Source: Escherichia coli
GTDB lineage: Bacteria > Pseudomonadota > Gammaproteobacteria > Enterobacterales > Enterobacteriaceae
Length of the DNA: 64,000 bases
NCBI RefSeq assembly: GCF_030384885.1
Contig: NZ_CP128613.1
Reading direction: 5' to 3' (one strand)
Positions 1 to 10,051 of the stretch are shown piece after piece; position 1 is the first letter of the stretch; every line of letters begins with the position of its first letter. The position numbers and the translations under genes were made by a program. The notes below the pieces were generated by a model. It did no database searches. It was not told where the DNA came from and saw only the letters and a program-made list of their open reading frames with translations.

Positions 1-24
1 ATTGGAGATGGAAAAGTTTCTAAA

Positions 25-840
25 CTAAAGAGTGTAGCGTATTTTAACGTGCTTATTTACAGGATAATATTTGTCACCTAATTCCTGCACTCTATTAGAT
101 ACCCATTGATTTAATCGTGCATCATCTCTGTATGTTTTCACATTCAGAACGGAGAGCAATAACATCACTAGCGATTCAGGAAAAACAGGGTAAATATTTT
201 TTAAGTGCAATAATAATTCATACGCAAGCGCCTGCTTAATAGGTGCGTCTGCATCCGGAATGCGCGACATTTCGCGAAGCCATTTTTCTACATGCTCACA
301 TTCTTTCCCTTCACGGAAAAGTCTCAACAAAGGCATATGGTGCTCAAGAAGAATGCATTTGCAATCTGTTCGTACTGAATCGATAAACTGCACTAATTTC
401 TTAAGTCCGGTGAAGCGTCCGGCATGGATATTCTCTTTAATATCAAGAAACACGTCATCCTGATCATATACCCAAACGGTCCCTTTTTGATTTTCAAGTA
501 TCCGAAAAACAAACTTAATCGGGTAATCAGGGTAATCCACCCAGTCATAAACTCCAGGGAAATCATTAAATTGCACATTTATGGTAAGCGCATTGTCGGC
601 TGCCCACTCGCAATCTCGTACGGCAGCCATGAGATAAATGAGTTTATCATCATCGACTAAATCATCACGACAATCATAAGGATAATCATAGTATTGTTTA
701 ATCAAAACCTTGAATATATCGACACAAGAAACCAGTGTACTTCTGATATCTTCAGGTAACTGATTGTTTTTAAACGTATTGTGTACGCTTTGTTTCGTAT
801 ATAGCAACAAATTATTGTGCGGCGCTTTTAATGGTATCAT
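25..840 (-). CDS. yahL: Uncharacterised protein YahL
   Basis: 271-aa ORF whose sequence I recognise as near-identical to K-12 YahL. It lies next to yahK as in K-12. Confidence 0.85.
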   Translation of the reverse strand: MIPLKAPHNNLLLYTKQSVHNTFKNNQLPEDIRSTLVSCVDIFKVLIKQYYDYPYDCRDDLVDDDKLIYLMAAVRDCEWAADNALTINVQFNDFPGVYDWVDYPDYPIKFVFRILENQKGTVWVYDQDDVFLDIKENIHAGRFTGLKKLVQFIDSVRTDCKCILLEHHMPLLRLFREGKECEHVEKWLREMSRIPDADAPIKQALAYELLLHLKNIYPVFPESLVMLLLSVLNVKTYRDDARLNQWVSNRVQELGDKYYPVNKHVKIRYTL

Positions 841-1082
841 TGCGATCTCTCTTAAATAAAAATAAACGTCGCAGATAATAAAGCCCTGATTAAACCAGGC
901 ACTATCAGAAATCGCTCATAACTAATATATGCAGCATTGTGTACTGGAGGGAATTAATTTAACAATTTGAATTTACGTTATAGATTTTACTGCTACTTTG
1001 ATAGTATTTCGCCCTTCTTAACTAAAAAGTTAAGTGGAGGGCGAAATTAATATGTTAAATCATAGAGCATTTATTAATTTTT

Positions 1083-2132
1083 TCAGTCTGTTAGTGTGCG
1101 ATTATCGATAACAAAACGATATTTCACATCACCACGTAGCATTCGCTCATAGGCTTCATTAATTTGATCGGCCCGAATCATCTCTATATCAGCCACGATG
1201 CCATGTTCGGCGCAAAAATCGAGCATCTCCTGTGTTTCTGGAATGCCGCCAATCATAGAGCCGGCTATCGCGCGGCGTTTCATGATCAGGTTGAAAACTT
1301 CCGGCGATTTATGCGGTGTCGCAGGCGCACCAACCAGCGTCATGGTGCCATCGCGCTTCAGCAAGGTGGTAAAATCGTCGAGATTATGTGGCGCAGCTAC
1401 GGTATTCAAAATGAAATCGAAACTCTTCAGATGAGTCGCCATCTCATCGGCATTGCGTGAGTTAACAACTTCATCGGCCCCCAGGGCTTTTGCCGCTTCG
1501 CGTTTTGACTCAGACGTGGTAAACGCCACTACATGCGCCCCCATCGCGTGGGCCAGCTTTATCCCCATATGCCCCAGACCGCCAATGCCGACCACTCCCA
1601 CTTTTTTACCCGGCCCGGCCTGCCAGTGACGTAGCGGCGAGTATGTGGTGATCCCTGCACACAACAAAGGCGCCACCGCCGCCAGCTGCTCTTGCGGGTG
1701 ACGAATACGCAGAACATATCGCTCATGAACGACGATCTGTTGTGAGTAGCCGCCCAGCGTATGGCCCGGTTCATCCGGCGTCGGCGAGTTATAGGTGCCG
1801 GTCATGTGATCACAGTAGTTTTCCAGCCCATCTTCACACTCTTCGCAATGTTTACAGCTGTCGACAATGCAGCCGACACCGACCAAATCGCCCGGTGCAT
1901 GTTTTTTTACCTGATCACCAACGGCTACCACGCGCCCCACAATTTCATGACCCGGCACGCAGGGGTAAACCGTCCCCGCCCACTCGGAACGCACCTGGTG
2001 GATATCGGAATGGCAGACGCCACAGTAAGCGATTTCGATTTTGACATCATGCGGTCCCGGTTCACGCCGGGTAATATCCATCGGTTCCAGCGGTTGTTTA
2101 GCGGAATATGCACCAACAGCTTTGATCTTCAT
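1083..2132 (-). CDS. yahK: NADPH-dependent aldehyde reductase, Zn-dependent alcohol dehydrogenase family
   Basis: 349-aa ORF with CGVCHSD and GHEIVG catalytic-Zn motifs, a structural-Zn Cys cluster (CKHCEECEDGLENYC) and a GIGGLGH nucleotide fold. Matches K-12 YahK. Confidence 0.92.
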   Translation of the reverse strand: MKIKAVGAYSAKQPLEPMDITRREPGPHDVKIEIAYCGVCHSDIHQVRSEWAGTVYPCVPGHEIVGRVVAVGDQVKKHAPGDLVGVGCIVDSCKHCEECEDGLENYCDHMTGTYNSPTPDEPGHTLGGYSQQIVVHERYVLRIRHPQEQLAAVAPLLCAGITTYSPLRHWQAGPGKKVGVVGIGGLGHMGIKLAHAMGAHVVAFTTSESKREAAKALGADEVVNSRNADEMATHLKSFDFILNTVAAPHNLDDFTTLLKRDGTMTLVGAPATPHKSPEVFNLIMKRRAIAGSMIGGIPETQEMLDFCAEHGIVADIEMIRADQINEAYERMLRGDVKYRFVIDNRTLTD

Positions 2133-2218
2133 TGTGTTTACTCCTGATTAGCTATGTGTATTTGGCGATGCCTGATATGTCATCGCGGCAAAACGCGTCC
2201 ATTGAATATAGCCAATAT

Positions 2219-3175
2219 TTAAACCACCCGATCCAGCCCCAACATGCCGCGAGCCTGAATGAAACAGAGCAGCAACGTTCCCCATAAGGCCATCGTCAGG
2301 TAGGGGCTTATCCCGAGAATATTGAAGCCGCTTTCAATAATTTGCAGAAGAAACAGCGCCAGCACCATACCAATTATCCGCCCGCTGCCGCCGTCCGGAT
2401 TAACCCCGCCGAGTACTGCCGCGAGGATTGACACCAGCAAGTACGATTCGCCATAAGAGGCCTTAGCCGAGTTGAGTTTCGACATCATCAAAAATGCTGC
2501 TACCGCACAAAGCAAGGCGGAAATGACATACACCCATATCAGCACCCGACGCGTGTTAATACCGGAGTAAAGTGTTGCTCGTTCGTTAGAACCAATCAGA
2601 TAAATGGATTTACCGAGCGGCGTTTTCTCCAGCAATATCCACAGCCCCAGCGCCACTGCGGTAAACAACCACATCGGTAGCGGAATACCGAACCACTGTG
2701 CATGATTCAACCACAGCACCCATGAGGGATAATTGGCAATGGCGCTACCGCCTGTCACCAGAATATTTACCCCCTTGAGCAACGTCATCATCCCAAGCGT
2801 TGCAAGAATTGGCGACACTCGAATACCAGCAATCAATACGCCGTTACATAAACCGATTATCACCGCCGCGCCAGCGCCCGCCAGCAGCGTAGCGACAACC
2901 GTAGCAATACCCGGTGGATACTGAGTCGCCACCCACGCCATCACCAGTGAACAGGCGTTAGCAGTGGCAATAATTGACAAGTTAATGCCACCGCAAAGCA
3001 TGGTCACCGCCATAGCCAACGCCAGAATGCCCAGCACGGGCATTTGCGAAGCGACGGACTGGAAATTACTTATCGACCAGAAAATCTCCGGCATAGTAAT
3101 GCTGAAGGCGGCAACAGTTAGCACCAGCAGGCCGATCAAGTAAAACTCAATGTTATTACGCCACGATTTTTTCAT
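2219..3175 (-). CDS. Sugar ABC transporter permease (RbsC/LsrD-like)
   Basis: Polytopic hydrophobic ORF. Start placed at the internal ATG (MKKSWRNN...), which forms an ATGA stop/start overlap with the upstream permease. Absent from K-12 at this position. Confidence 0.8.
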   Translation of the reverse strand: MKKSWRNNIEFYLIGLLVLTVAAFSITMPEIFWSISNFQSVASQMPVLGILALAMAVTMLCGGINLSIIATANACSLVMAWVATQYPPGIATVVATLLAGAGAAVIIGLCNGVLIAGIRVSPILATLGMMTLLKGVNILVTGGSAIANYPSWVLWLNHAQWFGIPLPMWLFTAVALGLWILLEKTPLGKSIYLIGSNERATLYSGINTRRVLIWVYVISALLCAVAAFLMMSKLNSAKASYGESYLLVSILAAVLGGVNPDGGSGRIIGMVLALFLLQIIESGFNILGISPYLTMALWGTLLLCFIQARGMLGLDRVV

Positions 3176-4143
3176 AGCAGACTCCGGTTCTGATGCTGAC
3201 TCCACGCCGTGGCGCTAATGCTGGCAACGATGATGATGCCTGTGATCAATGTTTGCCAGTAAGACGAGACTCCCAATAAATTTAGCCCGTTTTGCATCAC
3301 TGCCAACAACACCACGCCGAGCAAAGTACCGGTTAACGTGCCGCGCCCGCCGAGCAAACTAGTGCCGCCAAGCACCACCGCAGCCAGTACTGTCAGCTCA
3401 TAACCCAGAAGAGAATCGGGGGCGACAGTCATCACCGTCCACGACTGCACTACACCCGCAGCACCAGACATCAATCCCATATAGCCGTAAACGAAAAGTT
3501 GCAGTTTCAGCACGCTAAAGCCGATGCGACTGGCTGATTCACGGTTCCCGCCAAGGGCATAAATTTTGCGCCCTACACTGGTGAAATTCATGATAAACGC
3601 TGTCAGCAGCACAACCGTAATCATGGCGATCAGCGGCAGACCAAGGCCATAGTCATAGCCGTCAACATCGGTGTACTTGAACAACATTACCCCCTGCTCA
3701 AACCACGGCGGAAAGTCGTACAGCCACACACCTTTACTCAACCATAACAGCAGGCCATAGAAAATATTCAGCGTCGAAATGGTGATGATGATAGAAGGCA
3801 CCCGTAGGCGATTAACCAGTAAGGCGTTTATTAAGCCAAGTAAAATGCCGATGCCGCCCGCCAGGGCAAACGCGACAGCAAAGTTGCCACCCATTTTTTG
3901 TAGCAACAGCACCATGCCGTATTGCGCAATGATGGTCATTGCCGGAAACGAAATATCAATTCCACCGGAAATTAACACCACAAACAAACCACAGGCGAGA
4001 ATAGTCAACATGGCATAGTTATTGGCGAGATCGTACAAATTACCGAATGTCAGAAACTCGTCGCTGCGCCAGGCAAGGCCAACAAACAGCCCCACAATCA
4101 GTAATGCCAGCCAGAATTCATGACGTTTTTTCAGTTCAACCAT
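3172..4143 (-). CDS. Sugar ABC transporter permease (RbsC/LsrC-like)
   Basis: 323-aa polytopic membrane ORF that overlaps the ATPase stop codon by 8 nt, suggesting translational coupling. Confidence 0.85.
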   Translation of the reverse strand: MVELKKRHEFWLALLIVGLFVGLAWRSDEFLTFGNLYDLANNYAMLTILACGLFVVLISGGIDISFPAMTIIAQYGMVLLLQKMGGNFAVAFALAGGIGILLGLINALLVNRLRVPSIIITISTLNIFYGLLLWLSKGVWLYDFPPWFEQGVMLFKYTDVDGYDYGLGLPLIAMITVVLLTAFIMNFTSVGRKIYALGGNRESASRIGFSVLKLQLFVYGYMGLMSGAAGVVQSWTVMTVAPDSLLGYELTVLAAVVLGGTSLLGGRGTLTGTLLGVVLLAVMQNGLNLLGVSSYWQTLITGIIIVASISATAWSQHQNRSLL

Positions 4144-5620
4144 TTACCACCTCCGCAATCCTGGCCTGAGAACTGCTGTCAGGCAGGAAGCTATGGGTGA
4201 TCTGACCTTTTTGCATTACCAAAATCCGGTGGCTTTGATACCACGCTTCTTCAATTTCATCGCAGATCATCAATACCGCAATGCCATGAGCCGCCAGATC
4301 GCTGATAATGCCGTATATTCCTGCTTTGTTGGCGATATCAACACCGACAGTCGGGCTATCGAGAATCAACAGTCGTGGCCCAATCGCCAGCCATTTGGCG
4401 ATCGATACTCGCTGCGCGTTACCCCCGGAAAGCGTATTCACCGGGAGATGTGGGTCAGAGACTTTGATGGTCAATGCCTTAATTAGCCTGTCCACCAGGT
4501 CACGCACTTTAGCTTCACTCAGAAAGCCGAAGCGATCTTTTACCTTGTGAAAAACAGTGCTAATGATGTTGTCTTCAATAGATTGCGCCATCACCAAACC
4601 GCGCGACATGCGATCTTCCGAAACATAACCAATACCGTGGCGGATGGCGTCCTGGTTACTATGCAGTGTAACCGGCTGACCGTTGATGAGGATCTCACCA
4701 GCATCCGGTCGGGTCATACCAAACAGACTCAGACATAATTCCGTGCGCCCCGCACCAAGCAGGCCAACAATCGACACCACTTCGCCCGCTTCCACCCGCA
4801 AGTTAATATTTTGATATTCCCCATGACGACTTAAATTACGCACCTCCAGCACTGGGGTGCTGGATTTTCCCTGCCACAACTCTCGCACCTGATATTCAAA
4901 CTCCTGGCCGGTCATCAGGAAACCGAGTTGTTTTGTGGTCATCTCTGCAGCCGGAAAGGTCCCGACCAGCTCACCATCTTTCAACACTGAAATACGGTCG
5001 GAAACTTCCATCACCTCTTCCAGACGATGACTGACGAAGACCACGCAAATCCCGCGTTCCCGCAATTGATGCACCACCTGTAATAACCCTTGCACTTCCT
5101 GATGGGTCAGCGAAGCGGTTGGTTCATCCATCACGATCAACCGTGCGTCCTGCGCCAGTGCACGGCAAATTGCCACCAGCTGACAGCGGGCAATTGAAAG
5201 CTCAGAAACGAGCGTATCCAGTGGCAATGTGACGTTAATACTGGTCATTGCCGCCTGCGCCACCTCACGCAGACGACGTCGGTTAACAAACAGACCGTGG
5301 TGATAGTGATTCACGGCGATATTCTCCCAGACACTCAGGTTAGGAAATAAAGAGAGGTCCTGATAAATCACCTGAATCCCCTGCGCCACCGAAGCGGCGG
5401 GTGTCAGCTTTGACCAGTTTTTCCCACCAAGCGTAATTTCCGCCCCCTCATCCGGGCGATAAACACCGGACATAATTTTAATCAACGTCGATTTACCACA
5501 GCCGTTTTGCCCGGCAAGGCAGTGCACCTCACCCGACATAAAGTCGAGAGAAACATCGCGCAGCGCTCGCGTGGCATGAAACGTTTTGTTGATATGACGA
5601 AGGGAAAGGAAGGTTTCCAT
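4136..5620 (-). CDS. Sugar ABC transporter ATP-binding protein with duplicated ATPase domains
   Basis: Two ABC cassettes: Walker A GQNGCGKST, signature LSGGNAQR, Walker B LLILDSPT/LIVMDEPT. Start chosen at ATG 5620 (METFLSL...), preceded by AGGGGA; the ORF-track TTG start at 5635 is less likely. Confidence 0.88.
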   Translation of the reverse strand: METFLSLRHINKTFHATRALRDVSLDFMSGEVHCLAGQNGCGKSTLIKIMSGVYRPDEGAEITLGGKNWSKLTPAASVAQGIQVIYQDLSLFPNLSVWENIAVNHYHHGLFVNRRRLREVAQAAMTSINVTLPLDTLVSELSIARCQLVAICRALAQDARLIVMDEPTASLTHQEVQGLLQVVHQLRERGICVVFVSHRLEEVMEVSDRISVLKDGELVGTFPAAEMTTKQLGFLMTGQEFEYQVRELWQGKSSTPVLEVRNLSRHGEYQNINLRVEAGEVVSIVGLLGAGRTELCLSLFGMTRPDAGEILINGQPVTLHSNQDAIRHGIGYVSEDRMSRGLVMAQSIEDNIISTVFHKVKDRFGFLSEAKVRDLVDRLIKALTIKVSDPHLPVNTLSGGNAQRVSIAKWLAIGPRLLILDSPTVGVDIANKAGIYGIISDLAAHGIAVLMICDEIEEAWYQSHRILVMQKGQITHSFLPDSSSQARIAEVVNG

Positions 5621-5668
5621 AGCATCCCCTGGCAATAAGAATCGGGGCTTTCGCCCCGAAGAAATGGA

Positions 5669-6655
5669 TTAATAAAGTGAGTCAATATTGTCTTTGTTGA
5701 CCAGTAATACCTTATGGAAACGGATAATTCGCTTATCCATATCTACGTCGGCCTTACCGAGATTCTCCATTTCTAATCCAGGTTTGATCTCTTCACCCTT
5801 CAGCAACGTGCTGGCGACGGCCGCGAGTGCGTAACCTGCAGAGGCCGGATCGTAAGTAATCCCTTCGGTGATATCACCACTTTTAATCAGTGATGCCGCC
5901 TGTGAAGGGATCATCATGCCATAGACTGCGACTTTATTTTTCGCCCGTTTCTCTTTCACCGCACGTCCCGCGCCAATCGGACCGTTTGAACCAAAGGAGA
6001 CAACCGCTTTCAAGTCAGGATAGGTTTTCATGAGGTCCAGTGTGGTACGACGTGAGTCATCCACACTCTCGGCAACCGGCATGCGGCGGGTAACTTCATG
6101 CATATCCGGGTAATGCTCTTTCTGGTATTTCACCAGCAAGTCAGCCCATAAGTTATGCTGCGGCACGGTCAAACTACCCACGTAAATCACATAGCCGCCC
6201 TTGCCACCCATGCGTTTCGCCATATGTTCAACATATTCAGCGGCAAATTTTTCGTTATCAATGATTTCGATATCCCAGTTAGCACTTGGCTGACCGGGGG
6301 ATTCGTTGGTCAGAACCACAATTCCGGCATCTCGCGCTTTTTTGAATACCGGTTCCAGCACGTTGGCATCGTTTGGCACAATTGTAATTGCATTAACCTT
6401 ACGGGCGATTAAATCCTCAATGATTTTAACCTGTTGCGGAGCATCAGTACTTGAAGGTCCCACCTGTGACGCATTAACACCAAAGGCTTTACCCGCCTCG
6501 ACCACACCTTCGCCCATGCGATTAAACCACGGCATACCATCGACTTTAGAGATATTCACCACGACTTTTTCCGCTGCCTGGAGCGGCGAGGAAATTAGCG
6601 CAGCGCCTAATAACAGCGAAGACACCATATTGATAACAAAACGTTTATTCATCAT
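5669..6655 (-). CDS. Periplasmic sugar-binding protein (LsrB/RhaS-like type I PBP)
   Basis: 328-aa ORF with an N-terminal signal peptide (LLLGAALISSPLQA/AE) and periplasmic-binding-protein-like sequence. It is the first gene of the 4-gene transporter operon. Confidence 0.8.
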   Translation of the reverse strand: MMNKRFVINMVSSLLLGAALISSPLQAAEKVVVNISKVDGMPWFNRMGEGVVEAGKAFGVNASQVGPSSTDAPQQVKIIEDLIARKVNAITIVPNDANVLEPVFKKARDAGIVVLTNESPGQPSANWDIEIIDNEKFAAEYVEHMAKRMGGKGGYVIYVGSLTVPQHNLWADLLVKYQKEHYPDMHEVTRRMPVAESVDDSRRTTLDLMKTYPDLKAVVSFGSNGPIGAGRAVKEKRAKNKVAVYGMMIPSQAASLIKSGDITEGITYDPASAGYALAAVASTLLKGEEIKPGLEMENLGKADVDMDKRIIRFHKVLLVNKDNIDSLY

Positions 6656-6815
6656 TTCAGCCTCATTGCAGGGTAGTCAGGAAGTGTTCGCCCAAATTAG
6701 CGCGCTGGAGAGAATAAGAATTTTCGAATATTTTTATGCAGAATAAACAGCCCTATTTCAGGCAGCTATTAAAAATTTGGTTATAAATATGGACAAAACG
6801 GGCAGTAACAATAAG

Positions 6816-6831
6816 TGTGACAATCATCACG
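6816..6831. promoter_or_regulatory. Candidate CRP site TGTGA-N6-TCACG upstream of the ABC transporter operon
   Basis: Matches 9 of 10 positions of TGTGA-N6-TCACA. It lies about 160 nt upstream of the binding-protein start in an AT-rich intergenic region. Confidence 0.4.
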
Positions 6832-6905
6832 TAAAAAATAGTAAAACAAACACAATTAACGATATTTTATGTTTGTGAGTTTATTTCATGCGGATAGAGA
6901 GTTAT

Positions 6906-7316
6906 CTACACAACTTCAATGAGGGCATATTCTTCAAAAATAACGTCCATTTCGGGTGAATAGCTTCCCTCTGCCTGGAAAAAACGACGGTGTTCATTGC
7001 GCCAATATTCAAGACTAAGATCACCTTCACCTTCCTTACGGGCAAGCTCCGCGGTGACATCAGAAAATCGCAGTAAATGCAGGCCAATCACTCTGATAAC
7101 ACATACAGGCTCACCACGGCTATTTTCTACAATCTTATACTCACCAATCATCGGAAATGCGTTGTCTTCAATACATCCTGCCAGCGAACCACAGGAAGCA
7201 GTTTTAACACCAGTTGCAATCAACGTTGCGAGGTAATCGGCCAACGCTGCTGAATCGCCAAAACTACAAAAGGAAGCATGGGGATATTTTTGTGAGATTT
7301 TTTCTTTTATGGTCAT
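6906..7316 (-). CDS. ASCH-domain protein
   Basis: 136-aa ORF with the pattern I associate with ASCH proteins (SFGDS..LAD.L..L...G.KTA.C ... EGEGD.SL.YWR..H..FF). Not present between yahK and yahJ in K-12. Confidence 0.7.
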   Translation of the reverse strand: MTIKEKISQKYPHASFCSFGDSAALADYLATLIATGVKTASCGSLAGCIEDNAFPMIGEYKIVENSRGEPVCVIRVIGLHLLRFSDVTAELARKEGEGDLSLEYWRNEHRRFFQAEGSYSPEMDVIFEEYALIEVV

Positions 7317-7613
7317 GAGAATATTTTCGCGATTACGGAAAAAAAATCACATCTTAATTACTGTCGATAACTATCAGCAAGAGGATCATTGGTTTTTCTA
7401 TGTTTAATCTTTTTTATCCGAAGCAGGTCACATTTATGGCTTGATAAATACCTTTGTTAAAACTCACTTTTGTGTATTTCTCTCAAATAATCCCCTGGAA
7501 ATTATGCCGGGAGATTATAAAGTTCAGGATCATTCATTAACAAACCATTCCCGCCCCACTCCCTGGGGCTTAAATCTCTTACTATTCACCGTTGCAGGCG
7601 TTTCAAATTCGTA

Positions 7614-8996
7614 TCAACCTGCCACACTCCCCCACACCAGTTGCCCTTTATGGAACGTTGCGGTTCTCGGCGAGATACGCGCCACCGCCTCGGCGGAACA
7701 GGAGGCGTCCACCAGCACAAAGCTGGCGTCATCCTGCGCTTTAGGCCAGACGCGCTCGCCTTTTTCGTTGAGCGGCAATACATCACCAGTGGCTAAAAAC
7801 AGCGAGCGGGAAAGGTTCTGTTCGTTAGGGCGAATATAGAGCTGCGCGTACAGATTGGCTTTTTCCAGCATGTCGCCCAGGCCGTAAGGCGACCAGTGGT
7901 CAATAACGCTGTCAGTGCCAGTCATTACTTTTACGCCTTTGTCGTGCAGTTGTCTAAGCGGCATATGCAGCGTGCCAATCGGTACCGTCGAGGCAATAGA
8001 AATTTGCTGCGCCGCCATCCGGTTCGCCAGTTCATCTACCTGTTGCTCGTTGAGGGTAGCCAGCGCAAAGGCGTGGCTGATGGTCAGCTTGCCTTTTAGC
8101 TGCGGCGTTTTCTCCACTGTTTCAACCATATAATTGATGGCCGCCACGCCCGCCGGAGTGGTTTCGTGCAGGTGAAGATCGACGCCTTTGTCGTAGTCCA
8201 GCGCAATCTGGAACATGGTGTCGAGGGATTTTTCCATCGCGCCATCAACACTGGTCGGGTCCAGCCCGCCAACGTAATGCGCGCCTGCCTGCATTGCTTC
8301 ACGCATCAAGGGTTCCGATTTCGACAGCAGCAAACCGTGCTGCGGGAAGGCGACAATTTCACACTCGAAGCCCGCCTGACGTCGCGCCAGCACCGCCTGC
8401 AAATTTTGCAGATTTTTCAGGCCGGAAACCGGTTCGATATTGCAGTGGCTGCGGGCAATGGTGGTGCCTTTCGACTGCAATAAATCGATCAGTTTTTCTG
8501 CCCGCTCCTGCGTGTAGGGTTGCAGTTCCGGCAGCATTTTTTGCTCGAGTTTGATCATGTCCTGGATGGTGGTGCCTGCCGGGCGATTGAGCGAGCGCCA
8601 CGGTCCGCCGTAAAAGGTTTTGTCGAGATGAATATGCATGTCGCGAGTAGTGGGCAGCATCAGCTTACCGCCAGCGTCATATTGCGGCAGCGTGGCGTCC
8701 GGATGCTGCTTGTTCTCATGTAGCGCAACAATTTTACCGTCCTGAATCTCCACGGTCTGGCGCGCCGTGCGGGTCTGCACCGCCACACCGTTTTCGTAGT
8801 CAAAACCGGTTTCCAGCAGCACGTTATCAAGATAGTAATGCGGGTCAGTGATTTTCATGGTGTTATTCGCGTCGCAGTGGGTTGTGCCAGAGACCTCCGC
8901 ATGGGCGAATGGCACAGAGGTACCAAACAGCGCGGCGGCGGTGACCATCTTACCGCTCTGGCTCAGAAATTCACGGCGGCTATTGTTTTTTTTCAT
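7614..8996 (-). CDS. yahJ: Amidohydrolase-superfamily deaminase with a Tat signal peptide
   Basis: 460-aa ORF matching K-12 YahJ. The N-terminus carries the SRREFL twin-arginine motif, a hydrophobic stretch and AHA. Metal-dependent hydrolase HxH motif (DMHIHLD). Confidence 0.9.
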   Translation of the reverse strand: MKKNNSRREFLSQSGKMVTAAALFGTSVPFAHAEVSGTTHCDANNTMKITDPHYYLDNVLLETGFDYENGVAVQTRTARQTVEIQDGKIVALHENKQHPDATLPQYDAGGKLMLPTTRDMHIHLDKTFYGGPWRSLNRPAGTTIQDMIKLEQKMLPELQPYTQERAEKLIDLLQSKGTTIARSHCNIEPVSGLKNLQNLQAVLARRQAGFECEIVAFPQHGLLLSKSEPLMREAMQAGAHYVGGLDPTSVDGAMEKSLDTMFQIALDYDKGVDLHLHETTPAGVAAINYMVETVEKTPQLKGKLTISHAFALATLNEQQVDELANRMAAQQISIASTVPIGTLHMPLRQLHDKGVKVMTGTDSVIDHWSPYGLGDMLEKANLYAQLYIRPNEQNLSRSLFLATGDVLPLNEKGERVWPKAQDDASFVLVDASCSAEAVARISPRTATFHKGQLVWGSVAG

Positions 8997-9005
8997 CTTA
9001 CGTCC

Positions 9006-9956
9006 TTACGTTTTAATAATATGGGTGCCCGTTTCGCCACGCAGCGCCGCGGGCAGGCATTCCGGCGTGGTGATAATCACTTCTTTACCGCCCTGTTCCA
9101 GGAACGTCAGGCTGGCGATGATTTTTGGCAACATGCTGCCTGGCGGGAAATGCCCTTCCTGCATATAGCGGGTCATGGTGGCAATATCCACCCGATCCAG
9201 CGCCTGCTGCTGCGGTTTGCCAAAATGAATACAGACTTTTTCCACGCCAGTGGTGATCACCAGAATGTCGGCGTGAATTTCACGGGCCAATAGCGCGGTA
9301 GAGAGATCTTTGTCGATAACCGCGTCCACGCTTTGGTAATCCCCCGCTTCACTGCACACCACCGGAATTCCACCGCCGCCCGCGCCAATTACCACAAAGT
9401 CTTGTTGGATCAGCGCCTTAATGGCAGGTGCTTCGACAATACGTTTCGGTTCCGGCGAGGCGACCACGCGGCGATAGCCGCGTCCGGCATCTTCAACAAA
9501 ACGCCAGTCAGGGTTAGTCTTTTGTAATTCGTCACGCTGGCTGTCACTAAAGAATGCGCCGATGGGCTTGGTGGGATGGGCAAACCCCGGATCGTTTTTA
9601 TCCACTTCCACCTGAGTCACCACAGTGACGGCTTTTTTCTCGCCGTGGCGCGCCAGCCGATTGTTCAGCGCCTGTTGGATCAAGTAGCCAATGCCGCCTT
9701 GCGTATCTGCCACACAGTTCGCCAGCGGCGTTAAGGGCAGCCCTTCGCGCTCGTGGGCAATCTCCGCACGGCGTAGATCCAGCCCAACCTGCGGCCCGTT
9801 GCCGTGGGTCAGCACAATGTCGTAATCGGAAGCCAGCATTTCCAGCACCGTATCGGCGACGGCCTTCACCGCCTCCGCCTGATGCTCAATCGACTGGCTG
9901 GCGTTATCTTTGATAATGCTGTTGCCACCAATGGCAACGACCACAAGCTCTTTCAT
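9006..9956 (-). CDS. yahI: Carbamate kinase-like protein
   Basis: Matches K-12 YahI (316 aa) from the internal ATG (MKELVVVAIGGN...). The 39-codon upstream extension in the ORF track has no homologous support. Amino-acid kinase fold motifs are present. Confidence 0.88.
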   Translation of the reverse strand: MKELVVVAIGGNSIIKDNASQSIEHQAEAVKAVADTVLEMLASDYDIVLTHGNGPQVGLDLRRAEIAHEREGLPLTPLANCVADTQGGIGYLIQQALNNRLARHGEKKAVTVVTQVEVDKNDPGFAHPTKPIGAFFSDSQRDELQKTNPDWRFVEDAGRGYRRVVASPEPKRIVEAPAIKALIQQDFVVIGAGGGGIPVVCSEAGDYQSVDAVIDKDLSTALLAREIHADILVITTGVEKVCIHFGKPQQQALDRVDIATMTRYMQEGHFPPGSMLPKIIASLTFLEQGGKEVIITTPECLPAALRGETGTHIIKT

Positions 9957-10051
9957 ATTGTTATGTCCGCTACAGAGGGTGATGAGGTTATGAAAGTGAG
10001 GTTGCCCCTCTCCCCAGAAGGGAGAAGGGATCGTAAAGTGCACTTTGCAGG

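Noticed and set aside
9957-10051. GC-rich near-palindrome CCCCTCTCCCCAGAAGGGAGAAGGG between yahG and yahI; considered as a REP/BIME element or terminator.
   Set aside because: The stem is imperfect, it is a single copy in this window, it lies inside an operon, and I cannot match it to the REP consensus from memory. Probably just an intercistronic hairpin.
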